Positions 52,655 to 63,451 of a stretch of 64,000 nucleotides of DNA are shown here, in pieces. Below the pieces are notes generated by a model that saw only the letters and a program-made list of their open reading frames with translations, had not been told where the DNA came from and made no database searches. The position numbers and the translations under genes are program-made. How positions within the stretch are numbered: position 1 is the stretch's first letter; every line of letters starts with the position of its first letter. Source of the DNA: Azolla caroliniana (Eukaryota; Plantae; Polypodiophyta); assembly GCA_043228905.1 (NCBI GenBank), contig JBHGNT010000006.1:21080001-21144000 (forward strand), in the 5' to 3' direction.

Positions 52655-53983
52655 TGTCGTGAAGATTTTCGGCAATGGTGTGAAAATCACATAAACCTAC
52701 AAAAAGGTGGAGTTCTTGAAGAGTTTTCAAATGCACTTTACTATATAAGAAATAGACATCTAAGTGTCAACTTATGTGGGTATGAAGTTTTGCAAAAGAA
52801 AAAGAGAAAAATAAAACTGTGAAATATCTCACATAGATAGGAAAGTTTAGGCTCTAGCTATATAAGTAGATTGAGATCCATCATATTTCATCTGTGTTAA
52901 GAGCACATAAAAAAATAGTTGGACTTAAGCCACTTTTGTCTAGATGGACATATGTGGCTAAGTCGTTGGATGTGGTTAAGTGCCCGAACCGGCTGGTGAA
53001 GAAACTCAAACCGGTCGATGATAGAATCGAAAACCGGATGGAGCTGACAATCGGTGACCATATGCATCTGGCAACCGGTGATCGGATGGATCCGACAATC
53101 GGCAATGGAACCGATGAACGGTGATCCGGTGACGGAACCTGCGATCTACCGGTGTTGGTAAACCCGGTTGCTGGCATCCGACGACGGAGCCGGTGGCAAA
53201 TCCGGTGAGCCGGAGACGGTAAGCTAGCGGCAACCGGCGGCGGAGCCAATGAGCAGACAACATTGGGCGACCGGCCGGTGACCGGCAAGTGACTTGGGAT
53301 GCAGACTGGGCCGGACCAAACGGATGCAAATCGGACGGATCGGTCGGGTCGGTTGATCGCGGTGCATGGTGTGTTAAAGATGTTTGGTCCAAAAGCCTAA
53401 TAGTATTTTGTGCATAAAAGAAAAAGATGTAAGCAAGATGAACTTAACACCTCCAAGATAGGAAGCAATAGGCTTACCATTAAGCCAAACCATTTCTTTA
53501 GAGATTATATTTTTATCATTATAACTTTACATGTAAATTCTCATACATGAGAGCTAAAATGAGTGACGTGGTTATCATGCACCACATCTAATACATGAGT
53601 GCCAAATCGCAAACATGCATTTTATGCATGTCTTGTACCCTCAAATGCATGAGGGCATCTATAAAAGAGGAGGGGAAAAAGATGAAAGGGGTAATATAAA
53701 ATTCTTATCAAGAGCTTTGTACTTTATATCAAAATTAATATTAAGAAGAAAATTCGTTATCCTTTTGATGATATACCTTGTTCTTCAAATCTAAAGCCAA
53801 GAGTTCAATCTTAATCTCTCTCTCAATCTAAAATCAAGCGTTCTATCTTATCTCAATCTGTCTCTCTTTCAATCTATCTTAAATCCTTTCTCGCTAAAGC
53901 TAGGGCCAACTTCGAATCCTTCCTGTCCAGAACCCCGTTGGTTCCGCCTCACGATCCGCGTGTAGTGACAGATCTTCATGACA
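52655..53983 (+). mobile_element. 1329-bp solo LTR K inserted in the Gypsy I RT, 4-bp TSD ATGG/ACGG
   Basis: Termini TGTCGTGAAGAT...ATCTTCATGACA (12-bp inverted repeat, one mismatch). The host rejoins as VDYRGLNK. TATAAAAG at ~53660. GC-rich ACCGG repeat block 52985-53370. Confidence 0.85.
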
Positions 53984-56411
53984 ACGGTAATCTACAATGA
54001 GACGAAGTGATCCATCCTTTTTCTTGACGAAGAAAATGGGTGCGCCGGCTGGAGATTTCGAATGCCGAATGAAACCATTTTCCAAATTCTCCTCTATATA
54101 GGCTCACAAGACTTCTAGCCCGATTGGTGACAAATTGTAGATCGGTCCCCATGGTGGTTCTTTCCCCGGTTGTAAATCGATGGGGCAATCATATGATCGA
54201 TGGTGAGGAAGCATATTGGCTTGTACTTTATCGAACACATCGGCATAATAATGATACTTCTTTGGAAGTTGAACGATGGACTCCTCTTTAATGGTGTCTG
54301 AGGGCTTTACTGATATTGTGAAAAGAAACATTTCTTCCTTGCGTCCTTCTTCCCGCAACTGATGTAGCGAAATGGTTGCAATCTTATCAGTAGACCCTCG
54401 AGCTTTTCGATACCGGATTTCTCTTGTTCTCCAATCTATGTCTGGGTTATGTAATTCCAACCATGGTAATCCTAAAACAATGGGGTGTTTTGGGATGCTA
54501 ATTATATTAAATGATACTACACATGCTAGATTATCTAGAACAATATTAACAGGCTCTGACTCTTCTATGATATTTCCGGAAGCAATGGGACGACCATCAA
54601 TGACTACTATAGAGGCTGGACATAGGAGTTTTCATGAAGCAAAGTTCCTATCCATGAAGCAAGAATTAGCTCCAGAATCTAGAAGTGCTAAGACATGTAC
54701 TGGAGGGGTACTTTTAGTACTAGCTGTTACTTGGGCTACAAACAGATTGCTAACTTGCTTAGAGGGAATGGAACCACTAATGGGCTGCACAGATCTAGGG
54801 CTGTCCAACCAAACAACTCCTATTTTGGCTTGACTTAGTCGTTTAACTCTTCTTCTAACTAACTAAGGACATTAAATTTGTTCGCTAGGTTTCGGCTATT
54901 AGTACTATTAGGACTATCAGATATCCCTACTGAAATAGACTTGGGTTTAGTACAATCAGAACTAGCAACTATTTGGTTTACTTGCCTTCTTGGTCTATGG
55001 GGACAGTTTACCGCAATATGCCTTGGTCCACCACAATAAAGACATAGTCGGTTTGCTCGGCGTCGTTGCTTTTCTTCTTCCGATAGCGGTCCACGACGAT
55101 GTGTAGTGTCAATTTCCATCGGAGTTGGAGTACTTACTGGAGGCACATTATATGACTCCCTCGGAAAAGGTTTCGTTACCACTGAGGCGTAGGGAGGCTC
55201 AGATCTTGCCCTTGGCATATGGAACTGACGTTTCGAACACCATTCGAAGAGGCGATTGTCGCATCTCACTGCGCGACTAATTGCTTCTATTAATGACTTT
55301 GGTTCTTCGGGAAAGGTCAAGAGTAAATCTTTGACATCGTTACATAGACCATAACGAAATTGCTCCATTAACTCTTGATCATCGCAGGGGATATCGGAGG
55401 CGAGTAGACGAAAATTTGCATCGTATGCGGAGGCTGGACGATCGCCTTAACGTAGTCATCGGATTTTGTTGATTGCTGTCCTTATGCTGTCAGTATCTCC
55501 AAAATAGGCTTTAAACTCACTTATAAACTCTTCAAAATTGTTTAGTAATGGAGATTCTTTTTCTAACAGCGGAGCGAACCATACCAACGTTGAGCCACTT
55601 AACAACATGCCTACTAAACCCACTTGTGATGCATCGGTGGGATATCAGGAAGGATGCATTTGAATAACTAGTTGTACCTGATTAAGGAACCCTCTAAACT
55701 GTGATCGTGTTCCATCGAATTTCATGGGAAGGCCGATCTTGGGTTCTTTATGAATCCCTTGTGTTTCAGGTCCTTGTTGTTGCATCGCTACGATGGTTGC
55801 TTCGAGTTGTTGCATGCGTAACGCAAGTTCCCCATGTTGTTGCATTTGATGCTTTTCTAAGGAGATTTGTTGAAGATCCCCCAACAACCGTTGATTTTCT
55901 TGTTCCAAAGCAAGGAACTTCTCTTTCAAGCATTGCAACTCCGAGAAAACAGATTGATATTCTTGAGCGCTAACAATGGCCATGGGATGAGAGGAAAGAG
56001 GAATAAGAGATTAGTATGAAGGGAGGGAGATAGAAGAGGGAGAAATTGGTTCAAATTGTCAGGATTAGTACTAAGACAAAGAAGGAATTAGTACTAAAAC
56101 ATGAGGATTAGTACTGAGAGAGATGTAGAACTCTTGAGAGAAGGAAAGAGTGAGCGAGAGAGAGAGATAGAGAGAGAGAAAGGGTGAGAGAGAATGATGA
56201 TATATATTATGTGAAGAGAGTATACAATAGTAGCTAGGAGGCTTAAGACTGGCGTTGAACCGATTTGGTTCGAAATAATGCCTTGTGCCTCCTTTTATAG
56301 TGTTCTCAGGAGTACTCTTGAAGTTTCTAGAATGTTCCAGAGAAATCTAGAATTTACATCAATTTTCTATAATAAAACATAAATGAAAATAATATTCTAC
56401 GCATTACAATG

Positions 56412-56475
56412 TATGGTCTAATGGCCAAGAGCTTGACCCATGTAGCATAAGGTCATGGGTTCGAGTCTTGCCATA
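56412..56475 (+). other. tRNA-like A/B-box cassette in U3 of the Gypsy I 5' LTR
   Basis: Copy of the 50002-50065 cassette: TGGTCTAATGGCCAAGAG ... GGTTCGAGTCT. Confidence 0.7.
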
Positions 56476-58076
56476 TCGTGACACTCATTGTAATCTTGTT
56501 TCATCATAATATAATCTCATTTCTATTTCAACTCTTATCTCTCTCTCTCACTCTCTCTCATGCACACACACACACACACCCTCTCTCTTTCACTCTCGCT
56601 CTCACTCTATCTCCTACCCATGAGTCTCGACATTCAGATGCTTAGTGTATATGCATGTTGCAAATGATCAGAGGTCGAAGCTCGACAGTAAGTCGAAAGT
56701 GTGCATATTTATGGGATACTTGGAGGATGAGTTCGGCTACAGGCTATGGGACTTAGCCGATAAGAAGGCGGTGAGGAGTCGGGATGTAGTTTTCTTGGAA
56801 GACCAAACAATTGAGGACTGGAAGAAACAGAAGTCAGAATCGACTCCCTAGTCGCCCTCGACTACCACCTTTAGACTAGCTGAACCAACTCAGTCAGCTA
56901 ATCGGAGATAGCTCGATAGAAGAGCTGAATCGGAGTCCGTCGACTTAGAGCAACCGACCTATGAGTCAGAGTCGACGGACCTATTGAAGTCGATTGAAGA
57001 ATACGAATTGGAGTTAGTGGACATCCGACAACCGATCGACATGAATGAACCCAGGCCGAGAGAAGATTTGAGAGAGAGATCTGAGCCGGAGCCAACGACG
57101 AATGGAAGGAGATATCCTCTCAGAGAGAGAAGAGCACCGACAACATATGCTAGTCAATAATCCTCTCGACTGATGAAGGTGAACCAAAGTGCTATGACGA
57201 AGCCATTGCCGACAAGCACAGAGAAAAATGGTTGAGTGCAATGCAAGACGAGATGGACTCCTTGCATGAAAACTACACCTACGACCTAGTAGAATTATTG
57301 AAAAGTAAGAGAGCACTCAAGAACAAATGGGTCTATAAGGTGATGATTAGAGAAGTCGACAACGCGCCTAGGTATAAAGCCCACATACTGGCGAAGGGGT
57401 TCCAATAGAAAAAGGGTGTTGACTTCAACGAGATATTCACACCAGTCGTGAAGATGACATCCATCCGAATTGTTCTGAGCATAGCTGCCAGCATGGACCT
57501 AGAGATCGAACAGTTGGATGTCAAGATGACATTCTTGCATGGGGAGCTGGATGAAGAGATCTACATGCAGTAGCCTGAAGGCTTTGAGGAGAAAGGGAAA
57601 GAGAACTTGGTGTGTCAACTGAAGAAAAGCTTGTATGGTCTGAAGCAAGCTCCATGCCAATGGTACAAGAAGTTTGAATCCTTTATGACGGAAAATCGGT
57701 TCCAGAAAACACAAGCTGATCACTGTGTGTTCGTCAAAAGGTACGAAGAGGGTGATTTCTTGATTCTTTTGACGAACACATGACATGTTGATAGTCAGTC
57801 AAGACACAAGGAAGATCGGGAGCTTGAAGAAAGCCCTAGGCAAATCGTTTTCCATGAAAGATCTTGGACCGGCTAAACAGATCTTGGGGATGCACATAAT
57901 TTGAGATAGAACTAAGAAAGTGATGTGATTGTCACAACAGAAGTATGTGACAAAGATCCTAGAGAGGTTCAACATGTCGGAAGCAAAGCCGGTCGGCTTT
58001 GTGTTGCCGACCAACTGCAAGTTAAATGCTAAGCAACGCTCAAGAGGGGAGAAAGAAAAGGCTGAAATGAAGAAAG

Positions 58077-58774
58077 TGCTGGGAATATGTCCCTCTAGTG
58101 GGAGGAAGAACCGATTGATCGGAAAGCCGACAATCGATGACAAGGAAGATCCGACTGTTCGGAAAGCCGACAGTCGAAGAGTCGAAAACAGTGAGTCGAT
58201 TGTTTGAAGATTCGACTATTATTATTATAGTAGTAATAATAATGATGATGTGTGGAAACAAGTCCCTCCAGATGGGAAAGAGAGAGGAGCCGAGTTGATG
58301 AGTGACTCGTCGGCCTCAACCGAAACCAGAAACGTGTATATAGCCAACTCGGGAGACTATAATCGTGGAAGTCTAAGTGTGCGCCCCATGACAGCTACGT
58401 ATGTAAATAGCCGGAAAGTTGTGTAAGTATATATACAACTAGGGAAAACTTTATGTGTGTGCAGAGGTTGTTGTGTGTAGAATGAGTGTTAGAGAGAAGA
58501 AGTGTGAGCCACGCCATAGCTGTGTTTGTAACAGTAGATGCGAAGAGCCCTGTGTGGCTGATACACTTGACAGAGTGTTGTAACCTTCTCGCTGGTGTAT
58601 ATCCTCTATTTGTATAGTGAAGTTCTGTTCCCATGGTTTTCCCGTTTTAGGGTTTCCATGTAAATCTCTGTGTACATCTGTTTATCTTGTCTTTCTGGTG
58701 CATTTCTGTAATTCGTATTTCAGCGCGTAGTTCGTTTATTGTGATCTATTCCGCATCAATTTCTCTTCAAATTG
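58077..58774 (+). mobile_element. LTR M (related to the Copia E LTR) with PBS stub, inserted in Copia E RT
   Basis: Starts TGCTGGGAATATGTCCCTCTAGTGGGAGG, like the E LTR. Ends CTTCA followed by AATTGGTA. The host rejoins as EMKKVPYAS. Confidence 0.85.
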
Positions 58775-60417
58775 GTACCATATGCCTCAGCCGTCGGCAG
58801 TGTAATGTACGCTATGTTCTGCACAAGACCAAACGTAGCATTTGCTGTGGGAAGAGCAAGCTGATATACGAGTAATCCAAGACGAGAACACTGGGCAACA
58901 GTGAAGTGGATACTTAGGTACTTAAAAGGCACCTCGGGGGTATGCCTAAGGTATGGCTTCGAAAATCCATGCTCAAAGGGTTTACCGATTAGGACATGTC
59001 AGGGGATGCAAACACAAGCCAATCCACGTCAGGGTACGTGATGACCTATGCAGGGAGGGCAATGTCGTGGCAGTCACGACTGCAGAGGTCCGTGGCCTTG
59101 TCGACCACAGAAGCAGAATATATGGCAACGGTAGAGGCCGGTAAGGACTTGATTTGGATGAAGAGTTTCCTCAATGAACTCAGGATGAAGCAAGAAGAAT
59201 TCTTGCTACATTGTGATAATCAGAGTGCCATACATCTTACAAAGAACGCTGCATACCACTCTCGAACCAAGCATATACAAAGGAGGTATCACTAGTTGCG
59301 AGAGAAGGTAGATGAAGGAGATGTTTCTCGCGTGAAGATCCATACCGACGACAATGGATCCAACTTGCTCATGAAGAACCTACCAATGGACAGACTTAGA
59401 GTCTGTCGATAGATGACAGGATTGACCAACTCCCACCCACTGGAGTGAAGGGGGAGTATGTTGGGAATATGTCCCTCCAATGGGAGAAACCGACTGTTTG
59501 GGTCAAGAAGTGTCGATAGTCGAAGACAAGGAGGAGCCAACTGTTCGGACCGAGTGCCGATGGTTGAAGAGTCGACTGTGAGAGTCAACTAGGTGAGCCG
59601 ACAAGAAGGAGATTCAGGTCGAAGACATGACCGACTAGTCAGGCCGATTGGATGGTCGATGACCATGCCAACTAGTTGGACCGATCAGACAGTCGACACT
59701 AGAGTCGGCTGATGGCTACTTATTATTATATATAATAATAGTATTGATGTGTAGTAGGGGGCTACATTTGTAAATAGCCCATATAATGTATGGGTATAAA
59801 TACATCTAGGGCAAACAAGTAGTGTGCTCTGAGTTGAGAAGTGAGCATGTGAGAGAGCGATAGCAAAGTTCAGTGAACTTGCGAAGAACCCTAAGCGGCT
59901 TATCCTCTATGTGTGTCAAAGAAGATTGTAACCGTTTTTCTGTACTCTATTGTGTATAGTGGAATCTCTATTCTTGTGGTTTTCCCCATTTAGGGTTTCC
60001 ACGTAAAACTGTGTATTCGTGTATTTGTTGTGTTTCTGTCTTTCCGCAATATGGTATATTCCACAATCGGTTTTTCTCACGATTAGAAGGGATCTAATCC
60101 CATCAGTAGACAACTGGAGCCGATTTGGGATCGGCTTGTTGAAACGTACACACCAACCAACCATGAACTGGTTGTGCACTTCTAAAGTTTCGACTTCCAT
60201 GAAATTGCTCCATTGTTGAATTTGACGTTGTATCCGGTTGTTGACTTTCGATTGTCCACACAACCGGCAAAGTTCGAGTTAGTGTAGCCGACTATGCCTG
60301 AGTTATTTTCGTGTCGAAGAGGATGCCAAGGTCTTGTGTGCCCACCAGATATCTGAATATATGATTGATTGTGTTGCAAAGTGATCGGCCGGGGTTGTAC
60401 ATGAATCAGCTGGTGAT

Positions 60418-62446
60418 TGTCACATTCTAGACTCAAACCTCAAACCTATAACACATCTAGTACATAGTGTTGTGTTAAACCATCTGGAAACTCTTGTGAA
60501 CTTGAAAACGGTTTAATATTGTATAGTTAGTATATTCTAGAAATATTCTAGTCGTTAGTATATTCTAGAAATATTCTATGGTATATTCTAAACGGGTATA
60601 TTCTAGAGATATCTCTCGAGTATATTCTAGAGATATTCAATCTCAGAACTTGTATAAATACTTGTAACCTCCATGGTCCCTTTCAAGGGATTCATTGCAA
60701 GTCATTGATACATCAATCTAGTCTTCTTGTTGCATTCCATCTTGTTTCCTTCTTCATCTGTGTCTTCATGCTCTTATGTCGTTCCCAACTTCTTAAGTTC
60801 CACGCTCGTAGCCCCATCATCCATGCTTTGTCCAAGTTTGCTTTTGTTGTGTTCGTGATAGTTTCAATCCCTTCACAGTGGAAGCATCTCCCGTCTTTGT
60901 GATTGTCCTTGTTTCTAGAGTTACCATCGTCACCGTCCTTGCTTCCAGAGTTATCATCATCAACATCCTTAGTTTTAGAGACATCTTCGTCATAGTCATC
61001 GTTGCTTCTAGAGACACCCTCATCACCATAGTCACGATCGTTGTTTTTAGAGACAATTCCTCCTCCTCATCATCTTTGTTGCCTTGTCTTCGACATCATC
61101 ATTTTCAACACCTCTTGTTCTCTTCATCAAACACTACTTCACCCAACCTTCATCGTCATGAACACTACTTTGCATGGTCTTTCATTATCATCATTGTTCC
61201 GCCCTCTTCATTGGCATCGTCATCATCTATAGGTATCATTTTGCATCATGATTTTAGTGAGGCTTGATTTTAATTGCTCACCTTCATAGTTCCGGTGGGG
61301 GTTACAACTGCTCACTTTCCTGGTGGGGATTGAATCATTGCTTGCTTGCACTCCATTTTTATTTTGGTCCACATTTCACACCACTTTCCTTTGGTGAGGA
61401 TCGATTTTGATTGCTCACCTTTTAGTTCAACTGGGGGTCACAACTAACTTTTCAGGTGGGGGTCACAATTAACTTTTCAGGTGGGGGTCACAATTAACTT
61501 TCAGGTGGGGGTCACAATTAACTCTTCTGGCGGGGGTCACAACTAACTTTCTTGGTGGAGATCACGTCAGTTTCTTGCTAGTGCTACCATTTGTGCCGTG
61601 TTTTGGGTCATCCTTGGCTATTTACCATCTCATGATAGAAGAAGTCGAGTCAACCGCTTCACTTGCACTCATTTGCTCGTTGCTATTCCAATTCCCGGTG
61701 AGGACCGCACATGGTTGCTCACGCCCGTTCATGTTCCAGTTCTCGGTGAGGGCTACACATGGTCGCTCACACCAATTAATGTTCAAGTTCTTGATGAGGG
61801 CCGCACATAGTCGCTCATGCCCATTGGTGTTCGTGTTCCTTTTTCCACACCTTCAATACCTCGTCCTATGGAAGGGTTACCCCTTGTCTGATGCCACGTG
61901 GGAACCAACGAAGAATTTACAAAATATCCCGGAGGTACTCCAAGATTTTCATCACCGATATCCCCACAAACAAATGGCCGGTTTGTGAGGGCAGCATAAG
62001 AGGGGAGATAATGTCACATTATAGACTCCAACCTCTGATTTGTAGCACATCTAGTACATAGTGTTGTGTTAGACCATATGGAAACTCTTTTGAACATGAA
62101 TATGGTTTAATATTGTATAGTTTAGCATATATTCTAGTCGTTAGGATATTCTAGAAATATTTTGTGGTATATTCTGAGAAATATCTTGAGTATATTCTAG
62201 AGATATTTCTTGAGTATAATCTAGAGATATTCAATCTCAGAACTTATATAAATACTTGTAACCTACGTTGTTCCTTTCAAGGATTCAGTGCTAGTCATTG
62301 ATGAATCAATCTAGTATTCTTGTTCCATTGCAGCTTGTCTCCTTCTTCATCTCATGCTCTTATGTCGTTCCCAACTTCTTAAGTTCCACACTAGTATCCC
62401 CATCATTCATGCTCTATTTGAGTCCGTGGTTGGTGTGTCCATGACA
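60418..62446 (+). mobile_element. Non-autonomous chromovirus-derived LTR element N; LTRs 60418-60860 and 62012-62446
   Basis: Diverged LTR pair starting TGTCACATT, PPT AAGAGGGGAGATAA. The internal region consists of tandem repeats plus a chromodomain remnant LQYLVLWKGYPLSDATWEP (~61850-61985). TSD not conserved (GTGAT vs ACGAC). Confidence 0.85.
61430..61565. repeat. 24-bp tandem repeat (GGTGGGGGTCACAATTAACTTTTC)n inside element N
   Basis: About 5.5 direct copies without spacers. Further ~27-bp (60900-61050) and 48-bp (61690-61835) tandem units lie nearby. Confidence 0.88.
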
Positions 62447-62555
62447 ACGACTCCTGACATGGGCTATGTTAGGTTGTGTCACAACCATTGTGTACATCAA
62501 GGAGCCGACTACCAGTGCATATGGTACCAACTTCATATCTTCCCCCTCTGCACCG

Positions 62556-63451
62556 GTTTCTAGATCTCTTTCGGTTCTCGCCGGGTCCTCTTTATTCATC
62601 ACCAGATCCCATCTGAAGAGACCGATTTCCCAACAATCTCCCCCTTCACTCCGGTATGGGATGTCTTGTAAGTCCGATCTGTTTCCGGCATGCGTCCAAC
62701 TTATCGGGTGTCAGCATCTTGGTCACCATATCCGACCCATTCTCCTCTGTGTGGATCTTCGTCAGCACGAACTCTCAATCTTCAACTCACTCCCAGATCC
62801 AGTGGTACCTGTGCTAGATGTGCTTCGTTTTGGAATGGTATGCCGTGTTCTTTGCAAGGTGGATGGCACTTTGATTGTCGCAGTAGAGCCGATATTCCTC
62901 TTGCCGGATCCCTAGCTCTCCGATGAAGTCCTTCATCCATAATATTTCCTTGCCGGCTTTCACGGCTGCCATGTACTCCACCTCCGTGGTTGACAACGCA
63001 ACCGTCTTCTGCAACCTTGACTGCCACGAAACGGCTCCCCTTGCATAGATCATGACATATCCGGAAGTTGACTGGCTGGTGTCCACATCCGCCGACATAT
63101 CCGAATCGGTAAATCCTTCCATGAGGGGTTTACTGGAGCCGAATCGGAGGCACATACTTGAAGTGCCCTTCAAGTACCGGAGTATCCATTTTACCACATT
63201 CCAGTGGTCTTTTCCGGGGTTGGTCGTGAACCGACTCAACACTCCGACTGGGTATCCAATATCCGGTCGGGTACACACCATTGCGTACATCAAGCTCTCG
63301 ACCGTAGAGGCATATGGAATCTTCATCATATCCGCCTTCTCTGCCTTTGTCTTCGGGCTTTGCTTACCTGATAATCTGCAGTTTGCTGGGAGTGTCGATC
63401 CGACCGGTTTTTCTTTTGACATGTTAAATTGCTGAAGCACCTTTGTCACGT
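62556..63451 (-). mobile_element. Copia G 3' fragment (RT C-terminus, RNase H, PPT, truncated 3' LTR), related to Copia E
   Basis: ORF 62814-63449 carries TRPDI, FTDSD, ALSTTEVEY, YCDNQSA, TKHI. PPT GGAGTGAAGGGGGAGA precedes TGTTGGGAA at 62635. Confidence 0.88.

Larger units (their letters stand above)
49648..56483 (-). mobile_element. Ty3/Gypsy chromovirus I (Tcn1/Tf1-sushi-like), full length, decayed; LTRs 56057-56483 (5') and 49648-50073 (3'), TSD CTCAT
   Basis: ~426-bp LTR pair, TSD at 49643-49647 and 56484-56488. gag ORFs 55645 and 54859 (CLYCGGPRHIAVNC), protease LLDSGA, RT/RNase H/integrase ORF 51133, chromodomain KYEVATIHDSK..YLVDWLGY..TWEP (ORF 50066). The RT YLDD segment is deleted (QHMAND|SKTQEEH). 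Confidence 0.93.
49321..56632 (+). mobile_element. Solo LTR H (49321-49647 plus 56489-56632) inserted in the Copia E integrase, itself split by Gypsy I
   Basis: TGTCA...CGACA termini, TSD TTCGG/TTCAG (one CpG-type change), TATAAATA at ~49575. The host reads LRVFG|C..YMHV across it. Confidence 0.85.
46671..60105 (+). mobile_element. Ty1/Copia element E, full length, decayed; LTRs 46671-47325 and 59459-60105, TSD GTAGA
   Basis: ~650-bp TG...CA LTRs, PBS TGGTATCATAGC at 47329, PPT GGAGTGAAGGGGGAG. TSD at 46666-46670 and 60106-60110. gag ORF 47579 with CFYCGKPQHFQKDC, integrase VHTDV/FIDDYSRK, RT LYGLKQAP, RNase H ALSTTEAEY/TKHI. Confidence 0.95.
45850..62555 (-). mobile_element. Old Copia F, 3' part, in three pieces (3' LTR and RNase H to 46670; 60111-60417; 62447-~62555); host of the right-hand nest
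   Basis: Minus strand reads MKLVPYALVVGSLMY, then FMYNPG..IFRYL, GAISWKSKL, then HINIQYHFV and LEKISTVDNVADGMTK. PPT GAGGGAG precedes LTR start TGTCGA at 46226; LTR resembles the Copia A LTR. Left boundary uncertain. Confidence 0.75.

Noticed and set aside
52881-53392. Pro/Arg-rich ORFs on both strands
   Set aside because: By-products of the GC-rich repeat block in solo LTR K; no domain motifs.
60817-61267. Repetitive ORFs in element N as an env-like or novel protein
   Set aside because: They arise from the ~27-bp tandem repeat, are short and show no supportable domain.
61430-61565. CRISPR-like array (also 36187-36399 and 21978-22245)
   Set aside because: Head-to-tail tandem repeats without unique spacers, no cas genes, eukaryotic context.
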